Under the pieces are notes generated by a model. That model saw only the letters and a program-made list of their open reading frames with translations, did no database searches and had not been told where the DNA came from. From positions 17,856,001 to 17,920,000 of the forward strand of contig JBHGNT010000009.1 of the NCBI GenBank assembly GCA_043228905.1: a DNA stretch of 64,000 bases. The letters run 5' to 3'. The stretch is from Azolla caroliniana. Its lineage: Eukaryota; Plantae; Polypodiophyta. Made by a program: the position numbers and the translations under genes. Shown here piece after piece: positions 1 to 12,435 of this stretch (positions are counted from its first letter, which is position 1; every line of letters starts with the position of its first letter).

Positions 1-136
1 TCCCTGTGTTTCTTTGCTCATACGTAACCGGGCGTCTCTCTCTTTCTCTTTCCCCTTCTATCACCTGCTCTTCGGTTCAAGACCCCGGTGGTCCCGCCTC
101 GTTTCTCCACGCACGCGCGTAGTAACGTGATATATT

Positions 137-154
137 TGGTGAACCCGACGTGAA
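137..154 (+). promoter_or_regulatory. Primer binding site complementary to tRNA-Trp 3' end
   Basis: TGGTGAACCCGACGTGAA is the reverse complement of TTCACGTCGGGTTCACCA, the plant tRNA-Trp(CCA) 3' end; it lies just after the LTR end. Confidence 0.85.
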
Positions 155-176
155 CAAGGCGGCAGAGGAGCAGAAG

Positions 177-2301
177 ATGAGGGGGTCGGATCTTGCAGAG
201 GCCATGGCTTCGGCCATGGACCGGATAGTGAGCGCGCGCGAGGGCACCGGCGCCCTTGATAGGGCTATTGAGGCGATCGTCGGTATGATCGGCCGGTTCA
301 GTGGAAAGGATGCCACGAGTTATTTCGCGTCCTATCGAGCAGAGATGTTGATGAGGGACATTCCCGAAGAGAGGCGTCTTGCCGGATTCCCTCGAGTGGC
401 GATGTCGGGCATCCATGCGGAGGTGCTCGAGGTCTGGGCGGAGAGCCGGACCTGGGAGGAGTTCGAAGGACGGCTCCTGGAGAAATACGGGCTGGATGAC
501 GCACTTCGACATTCGAAGCGGGGCTTCATGGAGTGGGTGGAGTCCCCCAACAAAGGAAGAAATGCATCGGTACTCCTCCGAGAGTTTGAGGAACGCTTTG
601 CGCGCCTTTCGGCGCTCGATCGGACCGTTCTGGACACAAGTTGTGTCCTACTGTTTGTCAAATCGGTTGACGCACGGGATCGGGAGCAAGTGGGCTCCTT
701 ACTGGAAACCGAAGACGGGCTGACGCCCGACTAGGCCACGGTAAAAAGATTCTGCGGCCGTTTTGACAAACGGTGGGAGTGGGCTGATACAGGGGCGACC
801 GGGGTGGGTCTTGTCGCAGCAAGGAAGCTCGAACCGATACCGCAGGCGCGAAGGGAAGAGACTCGGGAGTGGCTCGAAACCGGTTTAGCTTCGACCGGCA
901 TGGTCAGAGGCTCGTCCGGGGGAACGGCTTTGGAGGAGTTGACACGGGCGGTAAAGGATCTCCAGATCGCCCAGGCTCGGAGGGAAGGCGGCGAACAGGC
1001 TCGTGACCGACGGCCTCCGGCAGGAAATAGGTGCATGTGGTGCGACGACGTCGGCCACATCCGGAAAGACTGAGGGGACTTTGCGGAGGCTTTGAGAAGC
1101 CGGGTGGTGTACCTGTGGGAAGGTCGGGTGCACGCCAGCGATACCTAGAGGGCCCTGAACCGAAACGACAGGCGAGGAGGAATGAAAAGGTTGATGGAAG
1201 AGGCGGCGGCCCGGCACACGGAGACCGTCCACTACTCGGCGTCAGCCGGTATTCGGGTCGGAGGCAGCGAGGCCCGGAGGGAGAGCAAAGCCGGGTTCTG
1301 GCCGACGATGCTGGAAGGCCTCGCTGGTGCCCGACTAAGGAAAGACGAGGCAGATCGCGCGGAGAAGCGAGTCCAGGAGGTAACCGAGTGGAGTGACCCG
1401 GTCGAAGAAAAGACGGGTTTCGGAAGCAGCTTGCCAGAACTACGAGGCTCTAGTTGAAGACAAACGGGTAGGTAAAACCGAAGGGGCCGGACCCTCACAG
1501 AGATACAAAACCCGATTCGGACCGAAACGGAACGAGGCCGGTGAGACCAATGCCCGGGATATCCACAAAAAGGGCGGATACCGGTTGGGCACAGAGATCG
1601 AAAGGACCACGGACCTACGAAAGGTCCTGGAAGAACGAATCCTCGATAGCAAGGTGGAACTATCGTTGCCGGAGGTGCTCGGAATCGCCAAGAAGGAGTT
1701 CCACAACTCCATCGTAGACTTGGTGAAGAGGAAGAGGCTGTCGACGGAAGCAGAACCAGAAAGGCCGGTGGAGGTGCGGACGACGCACATAGAGGACATG
1801 GCGCTGGAAGACGAGTGGGCGGAGAGCCACTATTCGAGGCCGCACTGGGCCCGAGCGACCACGGAAACCCCGGTGAAGATCGGAGATGTTCAGGAACCGG
1901 TGGTGGCGCTGGTGGACCACGGTTCGAAAATAAACCTGATGTCCATGGACTTCTACAAGAAGGGGAAATGGCCAGTCAACACCAAGCACGGGTGGAATAT
2001 ACGGGCGGCGACGCGCGCCACCGAGGAACTACACGGGGCCTGCCCAAACGTGCGAGTCAAGATCAGCGACGTCGAGATAGACCAACACTTCTTTGTGCAG
2101 GAGACGTCCTCACACCCGGTCATACTGGAAGAACCGTACATTACGGCAGCGCGGATGGAGACCAAGGTGCTGGACAACGGGTCGGCCTACGCGAGGGTCA
2201 AGAGTCAGGACGGGCGTCATTCAGTCCAGTTCCTAACGGTGCGACCGAACCACGAGCGAAACCGTGAGTCCCTCGGTGGCGAGAACCGAGAGGATTTTTA
2301 G
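177..2301 (+). pseudogene. gag-protease ORF of gypsy 1 (stops and frameshifts)
   Basis: ORFs 150-734, 804-1073, 1182-1457, 1393-2301; Zn-knuckle remnant CMWCDDVGHIRKD; aspartic protease motif ALVDHGSKINLM. Confidence 0.85.
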
Positions 2302-4602
2302 AGAGGGTTGTCAAGGCGTGGGGCCGCGATAGTCCGGACACCCCAGGAAAACCCCACAAATGTACGATAGAGGCGAAACCGAAGAAACCTTGTACCATAA
2401 GTAGGAAGTTTTGTTTCTCCGACAACGGAGGGTGTACGATAGTCGGCGTCGTGGACCGAGAAAAGACAATGGCGGAAGAGCAACTTCGGGCGTGTGGAGT
2501 TCTCGGACCCAGCGAGGAAATCAACGGAGCCGTGGAGGCGGTCTCCTTCGACGATACCTTGGGAATACTGCGAGAGGTGGTCAGAGAGGGCCTTAAAGAG
2601 GATCGGACGATACCGGTTTGTTCAGAAGAGATGTACGAAGTCATCGCAGACTTCAGTCAGGGGCTCGAGTCGGATCGGACGGCCCAGGTTAACACGAAGT
2701 ACAAGACTGTGGACCGGAAGGTAAGGCCAGTCGCGGCACCCTTACCGGAGGGCAGCGAGTCGCGAATCAAGGGGGTCGCGTCGGACCCCAGTTTACGAGA
2801 TTCGGCCTGCATAGGACACACCTTCACCGACACAACGCTACGGGAGCTCAAAATCGGTGGGGGCGGGTTCCTACTGCCGGCGGAAGAAGACCGGTTTCGG
2901 AGAATGCTCGGAAGGCACGGGAAAGCCTTCGCATTCTCACCGGAAGAGATCAGGTGTGTAGACCCGACAGTCGTGAAGTCGATGGTGATATTCACGGTAC
3001 CGCATGTGTCGTGGAATCTCAAACCAATTCCGGTACCGAGAGCTCACATCCCGGAGCTGATGGAGCTGTTAATGCAGAAAGTCGATATGGGCATCCTCGA
3101 ACCGTCGAGTGCCTCGTACTCGAACCGGTGGTTTACCGTACCAAAGAAGAACGAGACGTTGCGCTTCATTCAAGACCTGCAATCGGTCAACAGAGTGACC
3201 ATTCGGAACGCAGGAATCGGACCAACGATAGACGAGTTCGCGGAGGCCTTCGCTGGAAGGTCGATCTACTCGGTCGGTGATCTGTACTTGGGGTACGATC
3301 AGTTCCAACTAGCCGTAGAGAGCAGATACATTACGACGATGCGGACTCCTCTCGGCCTGGTGCGGATGTGTACCCTGACACAAGGGGGGACAAACTCGGT
3401 GGCCCACATGGTGAATGCGATGAACAAGGTGCTGAGGGATTGTATCCCGGACATCACCATGCCATTCTTGGACGACATCCCGATCAAGGGATGTCCGGTG
3501 GAGGAAAGGGACGAAACGATCGAACCGGACGGATGCCGGAAATTCGTGGCGACACACATTGACGGCTGCGAGAGGGTGCTGCAGAGGTTAGAGGACACGA
3601 GGCTCACCTTCTCCGGGGAGAAATCGGCCTTCGGACAATCAGAGATCATGGTCGTCGGACATCTATGCGGACCGTATGGCCGGAAACCGTCTCCGGCTAA
3701 GGTGGAAGCCATCTCCACGATGAAGCCCGACTGTAACTCGGTCACGGAGATACGGAGGTTCTTGGGAGCATGCGCGTTCTACCACATATGGATCCCACGT
3801 TGCCGAGCCGTTATACGGGTTGCTGAAAAAGGGGCAAAAATTCGAGTGGCGAGACGTGCATATGGAGTCAGTCCGAAAGATGAAGGAGGCTCTTGCTGCA
3901 GCTCCGGCACTCCGGAAGGCTGTCTACGAGAAAGGCACTCCCATCTACATAACGGTAGATACAAGTCCGACCGGGATCAGATGGGTCATCAACCAAGAAG
4001 ATGAGGACGGCATTCGGTTCCCAATCCGGTTCGGCGCGAAGGTCCTCAGCGAGCGACAGCGAGGATACGCCCAGGTTAAACGCGAACTCTGGGGTATCGT
4101 TTCGGCGGTGAAGGCCGATAAAGACTATCTGATCGGGACAGAGGTGATTATCGAGACGGACTGCCTGCCGATTCTCGGCATGGTTTCCGGATGCGCAACC
4201 CCGGACCTCGAGCGACGACCGGAGGACGTGGGGCAGGCGATGGCGAAACTGCATACGACGCGTGAAAGGAACAAAGGCCGGTTCGACTGAACACACCGGC
4301 TGAGACCGAAGAAGATCGAGGAAGGCAACTGGGTGTTGGTGTACGATAGTAGCCTTGATAATCAACACAAGGCGGTGCGTAAGTTTGCGAGGAGATGGGT
4401 CGGGCCCTACACGGTGATAAGCGCGAACAACAACGGCACGTATCATCTCGAGGAGCTCGATGGGACGCAGATAGCGGTACCGGTGGCTGGTAAGAGGGTC
4501 AAGATGTTCAAGACGTGGTACGAGGATGAACCGGACCCGGTGATCGATGGCGGCTGCGATGCCCGAATCAGGGAAGGCGAGGATTCGGAAAACGACGAGT
4601 GA
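2298..4602 (+). pseudogene. pol (RT, RNase H, integrase C-terminus) of gypsy 1; integrase core deleted
   Basis: RT motifs RFIQDLQ, DLYLGYDQF, PFLDDIPIKG; RNase H VDTSPTG, ELWGIV, ETDCLP; then jumps to LERRPEDV...WVGPY (integrase C-terminal region). Confidence 0.9.
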
Positions 4603-4675
4603 TCTAGGGCCGGTTTCTGCAAAAGTTGTTCCTACCTGGCACGTACCGGTGGACGTGCGGTTTGCTGGGGGTGGA

Positions 4676-5188
4676 TGTCGTGGAGAAAACCGCCCCTAGG
4701 AGGAATCAAGGGGAGAAGGCGTGACCCAATCCTTTTCGCGTGTGTGTGTGTTTATGAATTGTACATAGCTAGGAATAGATCGGCTAATGTACATATGTAC
4801 TAGGACTTGGGTATTAATTGTCTAGGGAATAGATGTGTATCTCTGTCCAAAGTGTTGTCGGATTGGGGACCGAGCTCTCTCCTCCACCGTTGCTCTCCAC
4901 TACGTTTCTGTGTCGGTTGCTTCTGCTGCGTGTAAATCTGTGTGCTTCCAGGAGAGGCTCCACCGTGCGTTCTCGGTGTCATCCGTGTGTGTGCGTGGAA
5001 CCTCCGTTTTGGGTCAGTTGTCGAGTTGCCGATTGTAATCGTTGTTGACACTGTAATTGAATCTTCCACTCCCGTCTCTCTCTCTCTGTGTTTCCGTGAA
5101 TCGCTCTCCCTCTCCTTTCTCACGCTCCTTGGTTCAGGGCCCCCGCGGTTCCGCCTCATTTCACACGCGAGAGCGTAACAACACGACA
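4676..5188 (+). repeat. 3' LTR of gypsy 1
   Basis: TG...CA with 7-bp inverted termini, preceded by a purine tract; 3' end similar to nt 1-132. Confidence 0.85.
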
Positions 5189-5887
5189 AAGTGAAAAATG
5201 TAAAAATAATATATCCGATTTAAGTACATATATATAAATAAAAGAAAATATTAAAATATTTATCACATGCATAGGGCAGGATTCGAACCCTGTACCTCCA
5301 TGTAAATAAACCAAAACTTTACCATTGTATTAACTTATCATAAGTGTTATAAATATAGATTTAATAGGTATAAGACTTTTATTTATACCTACCTTTATTA
5401 AACGGTAAATCATGCATTTTTAGAGTGCGTGAATACTTTATTTACAAGAAAAATATACACCCATAAAAAAATACTCGTGCACATCTAGCGTGCATGAGCA
5501 CTATATTTACGACATAAAATCATAGTGGAAAAAGCATCTCATGCACATCTATTGTGCATGAACACTTTAGAAAAAGCAGGAAGCTATGCTTAGTCTCTCC
5601 CATCCTTATATGAGGAGAGAAAGATGTATATGGGGGTTGATTAGTGGGATTGACCAATATAATATATAATATATTCGTGGGATTCACGAATTTGTCATTT
5701 AAATTGTCTCTTACTATCTAAATATTGATTAAATATATTAAACTCATGGGATTCACGAGATTCATAACTTACCTCTCTTTCTACCTATTCATTACTAGCC
5801 TTATCTCATATTCTTCTTTCTCCTAGTCCAAAACCTCAGTGGTTCCCACCCGACTCACGCAACGATCCGGAGTCGAAAGGCATGACA
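5189..5887 (+). repeat. 5' LTR of gypsy 2 (first ~25 bp displaced by gypsy 1 insertion)
   Basis: Highly similar to 11414-12435 apart from the MITE; ends in GACA before the PBS. Confidence 0.92.
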
Positions 5888-5891
5888 CAAG

Positions 5892-5909
5892 TGGTGAACC
5901 CGACGTGAA
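5892..5909 (+). promoter_or_regulatory. tRNA-Trp primer binding site of gypsy 2
   Basis: TGGTGAACCCGACGTGAA, identical to the PBS of gypsy 1. Confidence 0.85.
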
Positions 5910-5925
5910 ACCGGGTGGCAAGGAG

Positions 5926-7936
5926 ATGGAAATTCAACCAGAGGCTAACAACATGATGGCAATGTTCGAGCGTATGGTACAAGAACAATGCGCGATGTCG
6001 GAGATTGCGGCGGCAATAGAGTGGCCCGTGCAATGGAATGGGCAAAATTCAATGGGAAAGATGTGTCACGGTATTTGCGAGAATACAAGGCGGAAATGCT
6101 ACGATGCGGAATTTTGGAAGGATTACAAGTGACATCCTTCAACCGAGTGGCGACTGACGGTCTTCAAGGGAGTATCCACGGGATACGACAACAGAATCTG
6201 ACATGGAAGCATTTGAAGAGGCCCTAAAGACCACGTTCGCCATCCAGGACTCCTCCAAGCAACGAGGAGAGGATTCGAAGATTGGGTGGAAACGTCGGAC
6301 AAGGGGATGAAGTTCCTCGATGTGTTTTCGTCATTCGAAAGTCGGTTTGGGAGGTTGTCCGCGAGAGATCAAGATATCCTTGCACCAGACAAAGTGATCA
6401 TGTTCCTACGAGCCGTGGACGTCCGGGACCGGAAAGATCTTGGAGTGCTTCTGGAGGACACGACCACTGAGAGTGGCCTCACCGATACATGGGATAACAT
6501 GCGAGATATCGTCGCACAATACACAAAGAGGGGGCAATGGCTTGCTAACGAAGGAAAGAGGGTTTCGGAACCGATTCCGAAATCGAGATCCGGATTGGAA
6601 GACCATCAACCACAGGCTTGAGAGACTACGACCGAGAAGGGAATCGACGCAACCATGGTGGAGCAATTGCTGAAGGAGATGGAGAATCTAAAAATCGCGA
6701 TGGTGAAGAAGTCGGATGACCGTCCCACAAGTTCCAAGTATATGGACCGTCGGTGTATATGGTGTGATAGCACCGAACATGATCGGAGGGATTGAGATGA
6801 GCATAAGGAGGCGTTACAACGAGATCTTATCTACTATGAGGGAAATCGGATTCATTCGATGGACTCTCGGAAGCCACTCCGACCGAACTTCCGGAAAGGC
6901 AGCATGAAGAAGGTCCTAGAGGAGGAAATAGCGGCGAAAGGTAATTATGCGACAACCGTAGGAATAAGTGTGGGTGACTCAGCAGGAGTAAAGGCGTCTT
7001 TTTGGCCAGATGTGTTAGAAAACCCCAAGAAAACCGACTCCAATGAGATCCGAAGCACCGCGGAAGGCATCCGTGAAGCTATAGGATGGGAGTGCCCCAT
7101 CGATAAGAATAGTGTGTACGCCTTATGTCAATTGCATGAAGTGTATATAGACGAGAAACGATGGCACACAGATGATGCGGCTAGACCATCGAAGACACCG
7201 GAAAGCTGGAACTCCGGAGGGAAGGGAAAAGAAAAGACGATTCCAACATTAAAGCTTGCCGCAGACATCGAACAACAAACGGACTTGAAAAAGGTGTTCG
7301 AGGAGAGAATCCTCAATAGCCGGGTAGAATTTTCGCTTTGGGAATTACTCGGAATAGCGAAGGAGTTCCACAATCTTCTTGTGGATCTCATGAAGAGGAA
7401 AAGACAAAGTACAGAGGAAAATGCTCCAAGGGTGAATGCAAATACCGTTTTAATGAATGACACCGAATTGGAGGACGAAATTTCGAACTCCCACTACACA
7501 AGGCCACATTGGGCACGTGCAACTATGGAGACTCCGGTCCGAATTGGCAACATCAAAGAGCCCGGGCTAGCATTGATTGATCACGGATCAGAGATCAACT
7601 TGATGTCCAAGGAGTTCTACCGGAAGGGGAAGTGGCCTATTAATACTAATCATGGATGGAAGACCTATTAGCGACTTGTTCAGATGTGATGGTGAAGATT
7701 GGAGATGTGGAGATAGACCAAAATTTCTTTGTGCAAGATGAGGTCTCACACTCCGTGATCCTCAGGCAACCCTTTATCACGGCATCACGGATGGAGACGA
7801 AGGTGCTCGATAGCAGTGCGGCTTTCGCATGAATTCGGAGTAAAACGGAGGGAAATTCGTCCAATTCCTAACTGTGCCTGCGAATCATGAAAGGAACAAG
7901 AGGGAGCTCTTGTCCCAAACAAAGATGGATTTTTAG
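5926..7936 (+). pseudogene. gag-protease ORF of gypsy 2 (fragmented)
   Basis: Fragments homologous to gypsy 1 gag (FNGKDVSRYLREY, HYTRPHWARAT, ALIDHGSEINLM); ends GAT TTT TAG; start approximate. Confidence 0.82.
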
Positions 7937-10900
7937 AGCGGACTATTGCGGAGTGGGGAAGTGATAGTCCAAGAAGCCCTGATACCCCATATAGGAAGAA
8001 AACTCTCGGAGCAAAACAAGTACAAGTCGGTCTGGATGGGGCATCTACGTACACAGTCGTAACCAGAGGAATGAAGAAAGAATACCGAAAAGTAGAGGAT
8101 AAGTTACAGTCGGCATCAATAATAAAAGAAGACGAAGAAATCGTGGGAGTAGTCGAAGAATTGTTCTATGGGAGCACGCTACAACGGCTTGAAGAGCTTG
8201 TAAAAGAAAATAGCCAGGGAGACCGGTTAGTTCCGGGGGAATCAGTTGAGATGTACGAGATCATTGCGAAAATGGGGTCGGATGCGCTCTGCAAAGAAGA
8301 AGCAATGGTAAGTACGAAATAAAAGACCGTGGAGAAGAAAGTGAAACCGGCTGCGGGACCACTACCTGCCGATCGCGAACAAAAGAGAAAAGAAGTCTCA
8401 AGAGTTCCGACACTTCGAAAGTCCGTGGATATCGGACATGCCTTCACGGATGAGACCCAGAAAAAACTTCGGATCACTGGAGGTGGTTTCCTCTTACAAA
8501 AAGAAGAAGAACGGTTTCGTGATATGTTGGAACAACATGGAAAAGCATTTGCATTCACATTGAAGGAGATAGGGTGCGTTGATCCAAAGATAGTGGAGCC
8601 GATGGTGATCTTCACGATTGATCATGTGTTGTGGAACCTGAAGCCGATTCTGGTGCCACGGGCGCATATTCCGAAAGTCATCGACTTGCTCAAGGAGTAG
8701 GTGGTGATGGGGATTCTAGAGCCATCAAACGCTCCGTACTCAAATCGATGGTTTATGGTTCCGAAGAAGAATGGGTCACTCCAGTTTATTCAAGACTTGC
8801 AACCGGTGAACAAGGTCACGATCCGGAACTCCGGAGCCGGTCCGATAGCGGACGAATTTGCGGAAGCATTTGCCGGACGCGCGATATACTCCATCAGAGA
8901 CCTATACTCCGGGTATGACCAATTCCAACTAGCCGTGGAGAGCCGAGACATCACTACCATGCGAACACCGATAGGATTAGTCTGTATGTGCACACTACCA
9001 CAAGGCACAACAAACTCAGTCGCACATATGATGAATGCAATGAACAAGGTGCTTCGAGACTGCATTCCAGAGATAACGATGTCATTCCTAGATGACATTC
9101 CGGTGAAAGGATGCGTGGTGGAAGAAAAAGATGAGACTATGGATGATCGGGGATGTCGACAATTCGTAGTCAACCATATTCGCGATTGCGAGAAAGTGCT
9201 ACGAAACTTAGAAGATGTGTACCTAACACATTCCGGAGAGAAATCGGCATTCGGACAAGAAGAAATATTGGTAGTCGGACATCTATGTGGACCCACTCTA
9301 TCACTTGTTGCGGAAGGGTAAGAAGTTCGAATGGAGACCGGAACATACCAAAGCCATGAAGAAGCTTAAGAAAACACTATAAAGGGCAGAATCACTTAAG
9401 AAGTTGAGCTATGACCGACTGATCATAATAACGGTTGACACAAGTCCAACCGGAATCGGATGGGTCATCAATCAAGTCGACTCGGATGGTTCACGATATT
9501 CGATCTGATTTGGAGCAAAGGTTCTCAACGAAAGGCAACGCGGGTATGCACAAGTCAAAAGAGAATTATGGGGAGTCGTGTCAGCAATCAAATTGGATCG
9601 AGATTATTTGATCGGAGCCAAAGTAGTGATCAAAACGGATTGTCTTCCGATACTCAGGATGATGTGGTGTTGTACTATACCGGATGTGGCTATGCTAAGG
9701 TGGATTGCATATGTTAAGTCACTTAATCCAGAGGTATGACACATCTCCGGAAAAGACAACGCGGTAGAAGATATGCTATCAAGGGCACAGTTCGGAAACG
9801 ACATAACCAAATCCGATAATGAAGAAGTTTCCGACGACTACTTTGCTTTGGAGCACATATGTCGGGTGAACGTAATCCGAGAATTCCAGGAAGAAGAATA
9901 CGAGGGAGAAAGCTTGTTGATCGGGAAAGTGCTACAAGAAATCGAGGAATCATCGGACAATAAAGAGAAGAGAGACGAGATCCGAAGTAAGAAGCGGCAA
10001 GTCCGAAAGTTCTTCTTGGAAAATGGATTAATATGGAGGGAGCCGAAAAGACCGAATGGCATACCACTTCGAGTAGTCGGGACAAAAGAGCAACGAAACC
10101 AGATAATGTCTGAATTTCACGAATCCGATTGGGCTGGACATCGGGGAACATGGGCAACATTTGTGAAGATCAAGCAAAGATATTGGTGGAAGAATATGTA
10201 CAAAGATGTCGCGGAGTTCATGGAAAGCTGCGAGACATGCCAAGTCTACTCCGGGGTTCGACATCGAGATGAGTTACATCCAACATTCTCACCAACAATC
10301 AACTTCAAATGGATGGTCGACATTGTAGCCATGCCAACCGGGATCGGACAAAAGAAGTAGTTGGTGTTAGCTCGGGAAGATCTCACAAACCAAGTAGAAG
10401 GTCGAGCGCTACGAAGGAAAACGTGTTCTGCAGTATGCCAATTTCTTTTGGAAGAAGTGTTTTGCAGGTACGGGTGTGTAGGACAAGTGATTGCGGATCG
10501 GGGAGAATTCGACTCTAATAAAAGTAGGGAATTCTTCACCAAACATGGAGTTCGGTTAACACTTACAACGACATACAATCCGGAAGCCAACGGGAAGATT
10601 GAACGAGGACATAATCCAATCGTCAAAGCACTTGCAAAAGCATGCGACGGAAAGGTGAAGAATTGGTTGCAGATGCTCCCGTATGCACAATGGGCGGACC
10701 GTACGACGCATAGTTCCGTGACCGGTTTTATGCCAGCCGAACTCATGACCGGACAAGCACCGGTAATGCCAACGGAAACCTCAATTGCGACATGGACAGT
10801 GCTGTCGTGGAAGGAAGAGATGAGCCGGGAAGAACTACTAGCGGTCCGGATACGACAACTGGAGGGAAAACCGGAAGACATGCCATGTCGAAAGCAACAC

Positions 10901-11334
10901 GCCAACAACAGGAAGCGCGATTCCGGAACAAAAGCCGATTCGACAAAAAGTATCGACTACGACCACGGAAGATTGAAGAAGGAGATTGGGTGATTGTCTA
11001 TGACAATAGTCTGAATCATCAACATACAACAATGCGGAAGTTCACAAAAAGGTGGTTCGGGCCATACGAGGTTCGGAAAGTTTTCGACAACGGAACTTAC
11101 CGACTATGCGAGTTGGATGGAACAGTACTACGGGTGCCTATAGCGGGGAAACATGTGAAGATTTTCAAGAAGTGGACTGACGAAGAACCTTATGTAACCC
11201 TAGACAAGACCGACATCGACATCGAGGAGCAACCGGACAAAGATCGCGGTGATATGGAAAACGAAGAAAGTGGACTACAACTTGTAGTCGACATAAGGGG
11301 AGAATTGGAGAGTGCTACGAATGAAGACGAATAA
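7933..11334 (+). pseudogene. pol (RT, RNase H, integrase) of gypsy 2
   Basis: FLDDIPVKG RT motif; HHCC HESDWAGH...CETC; DDE residues in WMVDIV, IADRGEF, NGKIERGH; RWFGPY; many in-frame stops. Confidence 0.92.
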
Positions 11335-11390
11335 CATGCATCGAGAACTTCGGCACATACCGAAGGATGTGCGGGTTCGGAAGGGGCGAG

Positions 11391-12435
11391 TGTCGAAGTG
11401 TAGTCCGCACACTACGTGAAAAATGTAAAAATAATATATCCGATTTAAGTACATATATATAAATAAAAGAAAATATTAAAATATTTATTACATGCATAGG
11501 GCAGGATTCGAACCCCGTACCTCCATGTAAATAAACCAAAACTTTACCATTGTATTAACTTATCATAAGTGTTATAAGTATAGATTTAATAGATATAAGG
11601 CTTTTATTTATACTTACCTTTATTAAACGGTAAATCATGCATTTTTAGAGTGCGTGAATACTTTATTTACAAGAAAAATATAAACCAGTAAAAAAATACC
11701 CGTGCACATGTAGCGTGCATGAGCACTATATTTACGAAATAAAATCATAGTGGAAAAAGCATCTCATGCACATCTAGTGTGCATTAACACTTTAGAAAAA
11801 GCAGGAAGTTATGCTTAGTCTCTCCCATCCTTCTATAAGGAGGAGAGAAAGATATACATGGGGGTTGATTATTTTGTGAAGATTGACCAATATAATATAG
11901 GGAAAAGTATCAGGATACCCTTGGAAGTTCGTCTATTTACCAAAATGCCCCTAGAAGTTCCAAATTTACCAAACTACCCCAATGTCCAAAAAATTACACT
12001 TTATAAAGTAATTATACACTCAAATCTACAAGCTCTATTTACCAATGATGGAAGAAATGGACCCGAACTAGCCCTATTTACAAAAGATTTGAGTGTATAA
12101 TTACTGTATAAAGTGTAATTTTTTGGACATAGGGGTAATTTGGTAAATTTGGAACTTCCAAGGGCATTCTGATAAATAAAAGAACTTCCAGGGATATCCT
12201 AATACTTTTCCCTATAATATATTTGTGGGATTCACGAATTTTTCATCTAAATTGTCTCTTAGTATCTAAATATTGATTAAATATATTAAACTCGTGGGAT
12301 TCACGAGATTCATAACTTATCTCTCTTTCTACCTATTCATTACTAGCCTTATCTCATATTCTTCTTTCTCCTAGTCCAAAACCTCAATGGTTCCCACCCA
12401 ACTCACACGACGATCCGGAGCCAAAAGGCACGACA
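11391..12435 (+). repeat. 3' LTR of gypsy 2
   Basis: TGTCG...CGACA termini; repeat of 5189-5887. Confidence 0.93.
11900..12212. mobile_element. Foldback MITE (313 bp, long TIRs) inserted in the 3' LTR of gypsy 2
   Basis: GGGAAAAGTATCAGGATA... / ...TATCCTAATACTTTTCCC with ~125-bp inverted arms; absent from the 5' LTR; flanked by TATAATATA on both sides. Confidence 0.9.

Larger units (their letters stand above)
1..5188 (+). mobile_element. Ty3/gypsy LTR retrotransposon 1 (degenerate, internally deleted; 5' LTR cut by window edge)
   Basis: PBS at 137, gag/protease/RT/RNase H homology in gypsy order, PPT-like GGGGGTGGA before an LTR at 4676-5188 with TGTCGTG...CACGACA termini. Confidence 0.92.
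5189..12435 (+). mobile_element. Ty3/gypsy LTR retrotransposon 2 (degenerate; 5' LTR interrupted by gypsy 1)
   Basis: Direct repeats 5189-5887 and 11391-12435; PBS 5892; gag-PR-RT-RH-INT domains; PPT GGAAGGGGCGAG before 11391. Confidence 0.95.
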
